From NCBI RefSeq assembly GCF_001194135.2, contig NC_068984.1, positions 88,991,477 through 89,036,819 on the forward strand: a stretch of DNA of 45,343 nucleotides, read 5' to 3'. Each line of letters starts with the position of its first letter. The first letter of the stretch is position 1. This stretch comes from Octopus bimaculoides (Eukaryota). A program made the translations under genes and the position numbers. Below, piece by piece: positions 35,588 through 45,343 of the stretch. The notes under the pieces are model-generated. The model saw nothing but the letters and a program-made list of their open reading frames with translations, was not told the DNA's origin and ran no database searches.

Positions 35588-36140
35588 CAGGGCTTCACTA
35601 GGACGTACGGGGCCCAATTAGAGAATTGTCAGTGGGGCCCTCTATTTTACAAAAGCTGAAGATTGATGCTTTATGCTTCGTGGAGTACGCCAGACCCAGC
35701 CAAAAAGCATTGAGGGCTTGTGGCTCCACCGTTAACCACAATGATACACTAAAAACTGAAAGCTCATATGAAAGTTTTAATATTTTATTACAAGTCAAGA
35801 TAATTATTGACATACTGTTTGTGAATATGTCTTCTAAAAACAGACTTTTCTGGCTTTCTTATCTGAGAAGTCTTTCAAAATCATTTCAAAGTCAAGGGTT
35901 TCTTTAGATAACATTTTCAAATTATTTAGTCTCTCTTGTGAAATTGTTGACTGTAGGTATGTTTTAATCAGTTTTAGTTTTGAAAAACTTCTTTCACCTG
36001 ATGCGACTGTTATGGGCATTGTTAAGTAAATCCTCAAAGCAATGATGAATATTAGGAAATGTTTAATTCATCACAGCTTCTTCCGCTCGAGTGTGTGCGC
36101 GGGGCTCAGTTTGAACAAACTATGTACTGAAAACTGCCCA
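35588..36140 (-). mobile_element. Internally deleted hAT element retaining the transposase C-terminal dimerisation domain
   Basis: Minus ORF 35834-36037 plus upstream codons: (FPN..IIAL)RIYLTMPITVASGERSFSKLKLIKTYLQSTISQERLNNL..DFSDKKARK; begins CAGGGC; flanks match the MITE at 22039. Confidence 0.88.
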
Positions 36141-36423
36141 ACACCAATTATAATGACGAACGCTGATTGAAAAAGTCACCAGGAGTCGTTCTTCCACCAG
36201 ATAGCATAGGACGCACAAGGATATGCTGAGGAAGATTTAGCTGTTATTTCACTTTGGTTCTTTTGTTGAAATCAAGCTGTTCCATCTGATATGATGCAGA
36301 ATTAAAAACTTTACTAAATTGCTGTTGTCATTGTTCTTGCTGCTGCTGCAGTCGTTGTTGTTGATGTTGTCGTCATCATCGTCGTCGTCGTTGTTGTTGT
36401 TGTTGTCGCTGTCTCCGTTACAG

Positions 36424-36471
36424 ATCAGTCATGTGCTGCGGGACCAGAACAAATATTTCATTCATAAATAG
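36424..36471 (+). CDS. Candidate 48-nt symmetric micro-exon
   Basis: Acceptor GTCGCTGTCTCCGTTACAG| and donor ATAG|GTAAAT; open only in phase 2 (SVMCCGTRTNISFIN). Confidence 0.2.
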   Translation: MSHVLRDQNKYFIHK

Positions 36472-37004
36472 GTAAATATATCCATTTCCTGTCAGTTTGT
36501 TGGTCGACCAGCCATGGAACGAGCAACCCATAAGATATCGTGTCCACCCTTTTATTAAAACATTAATGACCACTAATATCATGCTATTGCCGACGGCTTC
36601 CTTTCGCTTCGTTTTTTTGTTTATTTTTCATTGTTGTTCCGGTGTTTTTGTGTGGGAGTTTGGAGCGAGTGGAGTATGTGTGGATGAGTGTGAGGGTTAG
36701 TATCAGGGTATATGTATGTGTAAGTGTGTATGTGTGTGTGTGCATGTGCGTGCAGTAATATCTTAGCATTATCGTTTACTTCCTTCCTGCCTGATTTTCT
36801 GTGAATGTCTGAATGTGTGTATGTATTTCTGTATGTGTGTGGGGGNNNNNNNNNNNNNNNNNNNNNNNNNNNNNNNNNNNNNNNNGGGGGGGGGGGGTGC
36901 GTGTGTGTAAAATGTTGTAAAATCGTCTGCTTTTTTAGTTACTCTTTGTGAATGTATGTGACTGCGATTTTGTATATGCGTGTTCATACAATATCTCTGA
37001 TAAA

Positions 37005-37047
<43 letters not shown>

Positions 37048-37935
37048 TCTGCGACCTTTCTACTTGTTTAGTGTACATATGCATATGTGTGTCTGCGTGT
37101 TTCTGTGTATATATATGTTACATGTATGTATCGTCTGTTTTTCGTTTTCTGCATCATATTTGACGAGTGTGTGCGTGTGTGTAAGTAAATCTGTGCGTAT
37201 TTGCGATCATAATAGCGTGAGCCGTACATATTGTATGCTTTTCTATATAGTGAATGTATATGTGTGCATTTGTGTGCGATTATGTGTTTCTGTGTGCTAG
37301 TTTGCGTCTGCGTAGTATGGTGTATATATTTATATTAGTGCGTGTGTATACGAGCTTGCGTTTGCTTACTAATACATTATGCGTGTGTCTATGTATATAA
37401 GGTGTACGTTTTCATTCAGATGAAACAACATAGCCTGTGGAAAAGAAGGTAGTAATTATAATGACGACCACTCATTTTCTTAAATGGCAGGTAACTTTCG
37501 CCGCACAATATACTATGTATTTATTTATCGCTGATTCGGCAATGGAAAGTGCCAGACTGAAATAGTTACGCCCCCGCAACTTGCTGACACCTTTCGTTTA
37601 TCCATCTATTTATTTATTTATTTGTTTATTTATATTTTATCATTCTTCTTTTTCTTCTTCGTTCATTCATTTATTACTCCGTTATGTTAATCTTACTTCC
37701 AACAAAGATTTGCGTGACCGTAGAATACTGACGTAAGAATTACAGGATGTGAACTGTGGTATGGGTAGTAAGTATTAGAATGGCGATAGCTTCTTTCTGC
37801 AATGAGTGGGTGTACGATGTAACGATGTTAAGGAAGGGATCTGGAAGCCGGTTTAACGGAAAGGAATGGCGTGGTGGTGTTGTCTGAGTGTCAGGAAGTA
37901 TGTTACAAAATGTATGTGCGCCCGCCCGCTTAATT

Positions 37936-38052
<117 letters not shown>

Positions 38053-38207
38053 NNNNNNNNNNNNNNNNNNNNNNNNNNNNNNTATATCGTGAGAGGGTGG
38101 AGAGAGGGAGAGATAGAGAGCTATTGGGTTTGAAATTAGGCTCATTCGATTGCATAGCTCACATGTATTACATTACTTCCATATTTCTACGCTAGAGTCA
38201 GCAACGG

Positions 38208-38244
<37 letters not shown>

Positions 38245-38246
38245 GC

Positions 38247-38287
<41 letters not shown>

Positions 38288-38511
38288 AGCCGATTTGCCT
38301 GTCTATCAGAAATCCCACTTTCTTTCTCCATAGTCTATCACACGCACTCATTATCGCATCCAAACATGCACGCATGCCGTACATAGATTTAATACTACTT
38401 TCACCGCCCTTATTTTCTCTATTTTTTTCTCCTTCAACCTAATCCTTTCTGTCTATCAATCATTCACTCAATTAATATATATATTGGTTAATTAATTAAC
38501 TAATACATATA

Positions 38512-39758
38512 CGATGATGGGCTAAAAGGTTCACATGCTGACTATGAAGGAACAAATTTAAAGCTGTAAAATCTTTTATGCATTAATTTGAAATCTTCTT
38601 ATTAATAACTACTTTATTTCTTTTCAGGTAAACTTATATCTGATTCTTTAAAGAAGACTTCAAAAGTAACTAGTAGCAACTTCCGTTGAAAATTGACAAA
38701 ACTTGGCATCATGTTGTTCTCAAGTACCTTCAGAAAAATGATGTAACCCCCAGGGACAGTTATGCTGACATGATTGCTAGATTAGGGGTGACGCTCTAGA
38801 TTTAGCAACAGTAGTCAGCTGAATTTAGGAGGGGAAGGTAGAGTCTTGAAGATGACTCAAGCTCTAGACGTCCTGCAACTGCTACCACCAAGGAATACAT
38901 TGATCGTATTCACCACATGGTGATGGATGACAGGCAATTGTCTATAAATCAAATCGCCAAAGCTATTAGTATATCCCGCGAGAGTTCAGAATATTCTGCA
39001 CAATGAATTTGGCATGACGAAGGTTTCTTCTTGGTGGGTGTCACATTTTCTGACACCTGAACAAAAGCACACCCGGCTGATCATATTAGGGGAAAATCGG
39101 ACATTGTTTCGGGCAGATCGAGATGGTTTCCTAGAACGATTCTTGACCCAGGATGAGCGTTGGGTTCATCCCTTTGAGTCAGAGACAGACAATCCATGCA
39201 GTGAAAACACCCCTCATCTGTTCTAAAGAAGGCCAAGGTCATTTCATCTGCAGGGAAGGTATTGCCTCAGTTTTTGGCAACAAAAGGCATTGTGTTTATT
39301 GACTGTCTTAAAAAGGGCCATACCATCAATGGCGAGTGTTATGCAAAATTGCTTAGGCAGTTACAAAAGGCTATCAGACGCCCAGGGACACTGATGAAAG
39401 GGATCCTGTTTCATCAGGACAATGTTCCAACATACGAATCTTTGGTTTAAATGGCTGCTGTACGTGACTGGCTTTGAACTGGTTGACCAGCCTTCCTATT
39501 CTCCTGATTTGGCCCCATCTGACTATTATCCATTACCCAATATGAAAAAACACTTGGCGATGAACCAGTATCACAGTGATGATAACGTCATATCTGCTGT
39601 TGCTACTAGTTACTTTTGAAGTTTTCTTTGAACAGCTGGATGCTAATTTGCCTGGAAAAAAATGCAATTATTAAGAAAAGTAAAAATCAATGCATGCAAG
39701 ATTTCGTAGTTCTAGCACTCCTTCAAAGTCAGCCTATGAACTTTTCAGCCCACCTTCG
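38512..39758 (+). mobile_element. Full-length (1247 bp) decayed mariner DNA transposon
   Basis: ~40-bp TIRs (CGATGATGGGCTAAAAGGTTCACATGCTGACTATGAAGGA versus right-end reverse complement CGAAGGTGGGCTGAAAAGTTCATAGGCTGACTTTGAAGGA), TA on both sides, and motifs WVSHFLT, TQDERWVH, FHQDN and YSPDLAPSDY across broken frames. Confidence 0.95.
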
Positions 39759-40119
39759 TATATACATACATACATACATACATACATACATACATACGTA
39801 CGTACGTAGGTACGTGTGTGTGTGTTTATTTCTTCATTAATTATATTAACTTCAAATTGCCTTTGTCTTTCGCTTTGAAATATTTAATTTGTATTGAATT
39901 TGAAATACTTAATAGTTTCATATCAGTTAATGTATTCCATACCATAGAGAGTGCTCTCTAGGTGTGTCCACTTTTTTGATACTCAACAGAAATTCCTAGA
40001 TTCATTTTAAGGAGGCATTCTTAATTCATATAGTATTATTTAACTCTTTGGGCGTGTTGATATCTGAGCACATTTGCTTGTACTTAACGATCAGCGTGAA
40101 TACGGGTATATATGCATGT

Positions 40120-40301
40120 ATAAATACACACACTACACATACATGCATGCATACATACATACATGCATACATACATACATACATACATACATACATACAT
40201 ACATGTATGTGTATGTATGTATGTATATATTATGCGTATGTGAGAGAGTGAGAGAGAGCGAGCGAGAGTGAGAGAGTGTGTGTGTGTGTGAGAGAGAGAT
40301 A

Positions 40302-40334
<33 letters not shown>

Positions 40335-40360
40335 CGCGTACGCGCGCGCGCGTGTGCGTA
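40120..40360. repeat. Compound (CATA)/(GA)/(GT)/(GC) microsatellite; further tracts at 40500-40560, 40820-40960 and 41363-41392
   Basis: Read directly. Confidence 0.9.
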
Positions 40361-40819
40361 AAACAATTTAGATTTTTGTTTAACTTTACAGTTTTAACTT
40401 TTGAATTTTAAAATAGACAGTATATTTCTACACATGGGCGTAAAATACAAATACGTAGGAATACTTTGACGTATATAAAGTCATACACTCGCCCGTGCAC
40501 GCACACGCGCGCACATTCACACACATACACGCGCGCGTACACACACACACACACACATATACGCAGGCATAAATCAGGATAGAAAAGTAGATGAGGTAAG
40601 TCCCAACAACTTTGAGTCTTTTGATAAACAACTCAAGAAACTAGGAGGGTGAATCCTTGGTTACACCTTTAACGATCAACTATTGAAAATCCTTTCAAAT
40701 TCTAGAATATATTTCCAAAGAAATGTGTTTATCCGTACTGTCAACTTATAAGCGGTAAATTTGTTTCCCTATATTTATATATCTCAGATACTTACACACA
40801 CATATCTATTTATCTTTCC

Positions 40820-40852
<33 letters not shown>

Positions 40853-41359
40853 CTTATCAATCTATATCTATCTATCTGCCTATTTATCTATCTATATGTG
40901 AGTGTGTATGTATGTATGTATGTATGTATGTATGTATGTATGTATGTATGAATGAATGTATGTATTTAAGCATATATTTATTTGGGTATAAGGTGCCTAG
41001 AAATTACACTTCTAAACCACGGTGAAAATTGAGATTCGGCATATTAAAATGATCACGTGATCGTAGGTATCAACAAAAAGAATTTTTTAATATATCTATC
41101 ATGCATCAGAAGGTATTTTTATGATGTTATTGAGAAAAAATTTAGGTATATGTTTAACAAATTGAAATTTGTTGTCTGTTTTTAGTTTATCATTATCCTA
41201 GGGTAATGAATGAACTCGAGTTTCTCAGTAAAACAGAAGATGCCGCATTTGGATAGTTTCTAAATGCTTGTACTTTATCTAATAGTCATTATGCAATGTT
41301 GGTAGCTTTTGCTGCGTCGCTTGATATTCACTTATTCTTTGGCTTTTGAATTAGTGGTC

Positions 41360-41394
<35 letters not shown>

Positions 41395-41643
41395 GCAGCT
41401 TGCTGAAACGCAATACAATCCATTATTCCTTAATATTAACGCTTAAGGAGGTAAAATTATATATTTTGGACATTGCGTATCGGATCTTTTTGGTCTGCGC
41501 TTATCGGCAATATTTTTACATTTTTGGTTTTAACCTCAAGTCAGCACAATTCATGTGATTGAAATTGGATACACAGAAACTGTGGAAAACAGTCGGATAG
41601 ATTGACATTGTAATTCAAAGGTCTAGCTACGTTGCACTGCATC

Positions 41644-41659
41644 AAGCGCCCTCTACTTG
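41644..41659 (-). promoter_or_regulatory. Candidate CTCF-binding motif
   Basis: Minus strand CAAGTAGAGGGCGCTT is close to the CTCF core CCAGYAGRGGGCGCY. Motif match only. Confidence 0.35.
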
Positions 41660-41989
41660 CGAATTAATCAAGTGTGCACGTGTCAATGGTATACTCAGCC
41701 AATTCGAATATTAATTCAATCAGCAAGCAGTTGAATTGATCAAACAGCTGAAAGCAAGCAATCAAATATTCTGACCGTAATCCATTCATTTGTGCATGCG
41801 AGTGTGAGTGTTAAACGCAAAAATTCCCACCCGGAAAAGTTATAATAATACTGGTTTTATCTGCCAGTACCGAGATACCTGTTGCTACTTTCAGTTCCTC
41901 AAGCATATTTTTCTTTTTAACATTTTATTCTGGAAGTTCCCTAAATTTTATATTCTTAATTATGTTATAGAGTTCCTCCTCAAACGGTG

Positions 41990-42225
41990 CCAGGTACCAA
42001 ATGGGTGGATGGGAGTACTCAGAGAATTTGAAATCAAAAAGAAATTGGAAAAAGACTCATTTCTATCAATGATTCGCGGCCAAGAATATGATAACGCATT
42101 ACTTATGAGTGGACTGAGGGCAGGTGTTAAACAAAAATTCTTGAACTTAGCTAAAAAGGTGTGTTTATGAATTGCGAGAACCACATCCTCAAATTAGCTT
42201 GTGTCCATAAAAGCAGTGAGGTACA
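41990..42225 (+). mobile_element. hAT transposase central fragment (decayed)
   Basis: IRGQEYDNALLMSGLRAGVKQKFL then, after a frameshift, FMNCENHILKLA; matches the RGQxYDNxxxMSG...CxxHxLNL signature of Tip100/ZMYM1-like hATs. Confidence 0.8.
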
Positions 42226-42696
42226 ACGTGTTGCTTGATTTTAATTTTTTTAATTTTTTCAGTGCTGGAAAAATTGTTTACTTTTATTCTTTGGACCTCA
42301 ACCAAAGAAAGGCCACTTAATACACTCTAACTTCTGTCCCGCAAACGTACGTCTTTTCTTTTGTAACTCTGCTTCCCAGACATGGTTAATGTCATGCCAC
42401 GTCCACTCATACATTCTTAATACACTTGTCTCTCCTCTCATCAACCATTCTGTGTCCACCCCGAGCCTCGTAATAACCAATACACCCAGTTCTTTATTTC
42501 CAATACACGTTTTTGTTCCCGCAGCCGTTAACTTAACAACAGTAGAGTGTCAATATCACCGGTCTTTAAAGTGATTCTAGTAGTGACCACCGCGTTATTT
42601 TTTCAAGTATAGTTTACCCCATATGGATTTAGAAAAAAAACAAACAAACAACAGAACAGCTGTGTAAATTCGAGATTTAGTTACTCTTTCTTGCAG

Positions 42697-42858
42697 GTTA
42701 CGTCACCACGTAGAGGCATCGAGATGGACTTCGATCAGAAGCATATTAATGTTGGTGGCAGTCACTGTGGTAGTAGTATGGATAACACCAGTGGTAATTT
42801 TAGTAGTAGTAGTATCAACAACAACAGCAGTAGTAGTAATGGTAGTATAGTGGTGTAA
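42697..42858 (+). CDS. Candidate terminal coding exon, S/N-rich, unidentified
   Basis: Strong acceptor TTACTCTTTCTTGCAG|G followed by 53 open codons (VTSPRRGIEMDFDQKH...); the second half is low complexity. Confidence 0.15.
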   Translation, partial: VTSPRRGIEMDFDQKHINVGGSHCGSSMDNTSGNFSSSSINNNSSSSNGSIVV

Positions 42859-42943
42859 TAATGGTTATGGTGATTGTAGCTGTATGTTAGTGGGAATGGT
42901 AGCGGTGGTGTCAAAGCAGAAACGAGTATTATTTATAATATTC

Positions 42944-43156
42944 TTTTCTACTCTAGGCACAAGGCCCGAAATTTTTCGGGGAAAAAGCCAGTCGATTAGA
43001 TCGACCCCAGTATGCAACTGGTACTTAATTTATCGACCCCGAAAGGATGAAAGACAAAGTCGGTCTCGGCGGAATTTGAACTCCGAAGTAAAGACATACG
43101 AAATACCGCTGAGCATTTCACCCGGCGTGCTAACGATTCTGCCAGTTCGCTGCCCT
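42944..43156 (-). mobile_element. SINE family A
   Basis: CTAGGCACAAGGCCCGAAATTT ... ACGATTCTGCCAGTTCGCTGCC on the plus strand. Confidence 0.9.
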
Positions 43157-43188
43157 AGTGTTATTAATAATATTACCACTATTATCAG

Positions 43189-43407
43189 AGTGGCGAGCTG
43201 ACAGAATTGTTAGAACACCGGACAAACTGCTTAGCGGCATTTCGTTTGTCTTTACGTTCTGAGTTCTGATGCCGCCGGGGTCGATTTTTGCTTTTCAACC
43301 TTTCGCGGTGAGTGGGTCGATAAAATAAATACCAGAAGAGTATTGTGGTCGATATAATCGACTTACTCTTCTCCGAAATTGCTGGCCTTGTCCGAAAATT
43401 TGAAACC
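43189..43407 (+). mobile_element. SINE family A
   Basis: GTGGCGAGCTGACAGAATTGTTAG ... AAATTGCTGGCCTTGTCCGAAAATTTGAAA. Confidence 0.9.
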
Positions 43408-43424
43408 ACTACCATTATTGCCAT

Positions 43425-43641
43425 TAGGGCTGTTACCTGGCAGAATCGTTAGCACGCCGGGCAAAATGCATTGTAGCATTTCTTCCGTCCTTACGTTCTG
43501 AGTTCAAATTCCGCCGAAGCCTACTTAACCGTTCATCGTTTTCGAGGTCAATAAATTAAGTACCAGCAAGCAATGAGGTCGACGTAATCAGTTAGCCCTC
43601 TCCCCTCCAAATTTCAGACCTTTGTGCCTATAGTAGAAAGA
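43425..43641 (+). mobile_element. SINE family A
   Basis: GGCTGTTACCTGGCAGAATCGTTAG ... GAGTTCAAATTCCG ... CCTTTGTGCCTATAGTAGAAAG, then (ATT)n. Confidence 0.9.
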
Positions 43642-44471
43642 ATTATTATTATTGTTGTTGTTACGAAGATATCACGTAATAAAGCAGATCATGATGAGGA
43701 AGACGATGGCGACGACGACGACGACAGAAGGGAAGTGGAGGAAAGGATGTGGAAGATGTCAGTTACTTTGTCTGCTTTCTAGCTAAGGTAAACGCCTGCA
43801 GTTAATTAAATTTGGAGTTGTTCGGGAGGAAGCTAGAAGATTCTCAACCATCCCGCTGGAAAAGGAAAGAAAGAAAGAAAGGAAGGAAGAAAAAGAAAGA
43901 AAGAAAGAAGGAAAGAAAGGAAGAGAGAAAGAAAGAATCTAGATATGATCACATTGCAATGGAAAATATTGTAAGACAGACATTTTCCTGTCAATGTCAG
44001 ACAGGCTGCAGGAGACAAAAATATGTAATCTGGTTTACTCACGTCATCAACGACTTCAACAATGATTACCAAATGCTTGATAGGACAACAGAAAAATGTT
44101 TCCAACATGAAATTTATTAACCTTAATTCTTATTGTAAGCTTAGTACGTGGGGTTACGTTTAAAGGAATCAAGCTTGAGAAAGTATTTCTTTTTTTTTAA
44201 ATAAAGATGTGTATATATTATATCTTAGATTCAGTTGTGTTAAACTGATGATGAAAGATGAATCTCTCTCTCTCTTCCACCCCCGCCACCATTTATTGCA
44301 ATTAACATTAACATTCCCAGACGATCTGCTACACATTTTCCACAAGGTGAGTTAAGGCATGTAATAGTTATACATATGTCTACATATGTGTATATCTTCA
44401 TCTTTTTATTAATATTCTACATGTGTTTCCATCTGTTTATATCTATAGATGTGTGTAAGTGTATGTGCGTG

Positions 44472-44655
<184 letters not shown>

Positions 44656-44691
44656 AAAACGTAATGATAATAGCGATAATAATTGTGTCTA

Positions 44692-44804
44692 ACATAGGCA
44701 CAACATTACAGATTTGTGGGGAGAGATAAGTCGATTAAATCAACTTGACTGGTACTTTATTATATTGACTCCGTAGGGATGAAAGCAAAGGTGGTCTTGA
44801 TGGC
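44692..44804 (-). mobile_element. SINE family A, degenerate 3' part
   Basis: ATAGGCACAA ... ATAAGTCGATTAAATC ... CTGGTACTTTATT ... GGATGAAAGCAAAG. Confidence 0.6.
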
Positions 44805-44830
44805 AATAATGATAATAATAATAATAATGG

Positions 44831-45041
44831 CTTCGAATTTTGCTACAAGGGCAACAATTTTGGGGGAGGGTATGAGTCGATTACATCGACCCCAGTGTTC
44901 AACTGGTATTATTTTATCGACTCCGAGATGATGAAAAGCAAAGCCGATCTCCGCGGAATTTGGACTCAAAACATAGTGACGGGCGAAATGCCGCTAAGCA
45001 TTTTACCTGGCGTGCTAACGATTCTGCCAGCTCGCAGCCTT
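44831..45041 (-). mobile_element. SINE family A, full length
   Basis: CTTCGAATTTTGCTACAAGG ... ACGATTCTGCCAGCTCGCAGCCTT on the plus strand. Confidence 0.9.
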
Positions 45042-45343
45042 ACTACTACTAATAATAATTTCTTTATTGGCCACAAAGGCCGAACACGAAAACAATTATG
45101 GACAATACAAAACAAGGGATGAGAGGGGGGCGGCTTAAAAGTCAAAAACTTGTAAACAATAAAAACAAAATCAGTTAACAACACCATTTAAACAACAAAA
45201 TTCCCCAATAGGGGTGAGTTCCACCCAGGGACAACCAGGGTACCCCTGATCACCCCGTCTGCCAAGGGCACGCCAGGTAGGCACCCCCTTCCCCTCAACT
45301 GCTCCGGCCTACAGAAGAATATTCAGAGTAGGCCCATTCACAT
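45042..45343 (-). mobile_element. Probable 3' end of a LINE (Tx1-like by recall), running off the window
   Basis: Minus strand: open frame VNGPTLNILL* (stop 45309-45311), ~250-nt UTR that is G/C-rich then T-rich, AATAAA (45063-45068), then an (ATT)n(AGT)n tail. Confidence 0.55.

Overview
Eukaryotic, AT-rich, microsatellite-dense DNA with six assembly gaps and no confidently supported host gene, rRNA, tRNA gene or CRISPR array. The repeat families and microsatellite load resemble an octopus (coleoid cephalopod) genome; this is pattern recall, not a database result. Nearly all supplied ORFs are microsatellite or gap artefacts. The recognisable coding remnants are all transposon-derived: a Tx1/L1-like LINE (gag knuckle plus APE endonuclease, ~8.8-10.7 kb, minus), an R4/Dong-like restriction-like-endonuclease LINE 3' end set in (ATT)n (10.85-11.56 kb), a Penelope-like RT/GIY-YIG remnant (23.25-24.42 kb), a full-length decayed mariner (38512-39758), hAT pieces and a probable Merlin piece. 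About 20 tRNA-derived SINE copies from at least three families are present. Best leads: two families of variant minimal hammerhead-ribozyme-like motifs (one with a G3-C8 swap), a short 3'-end match between the commonest SINE and a LINE tail, a pre-miRNA-like hairpin at 20637-20720, and an hAT deletion series.
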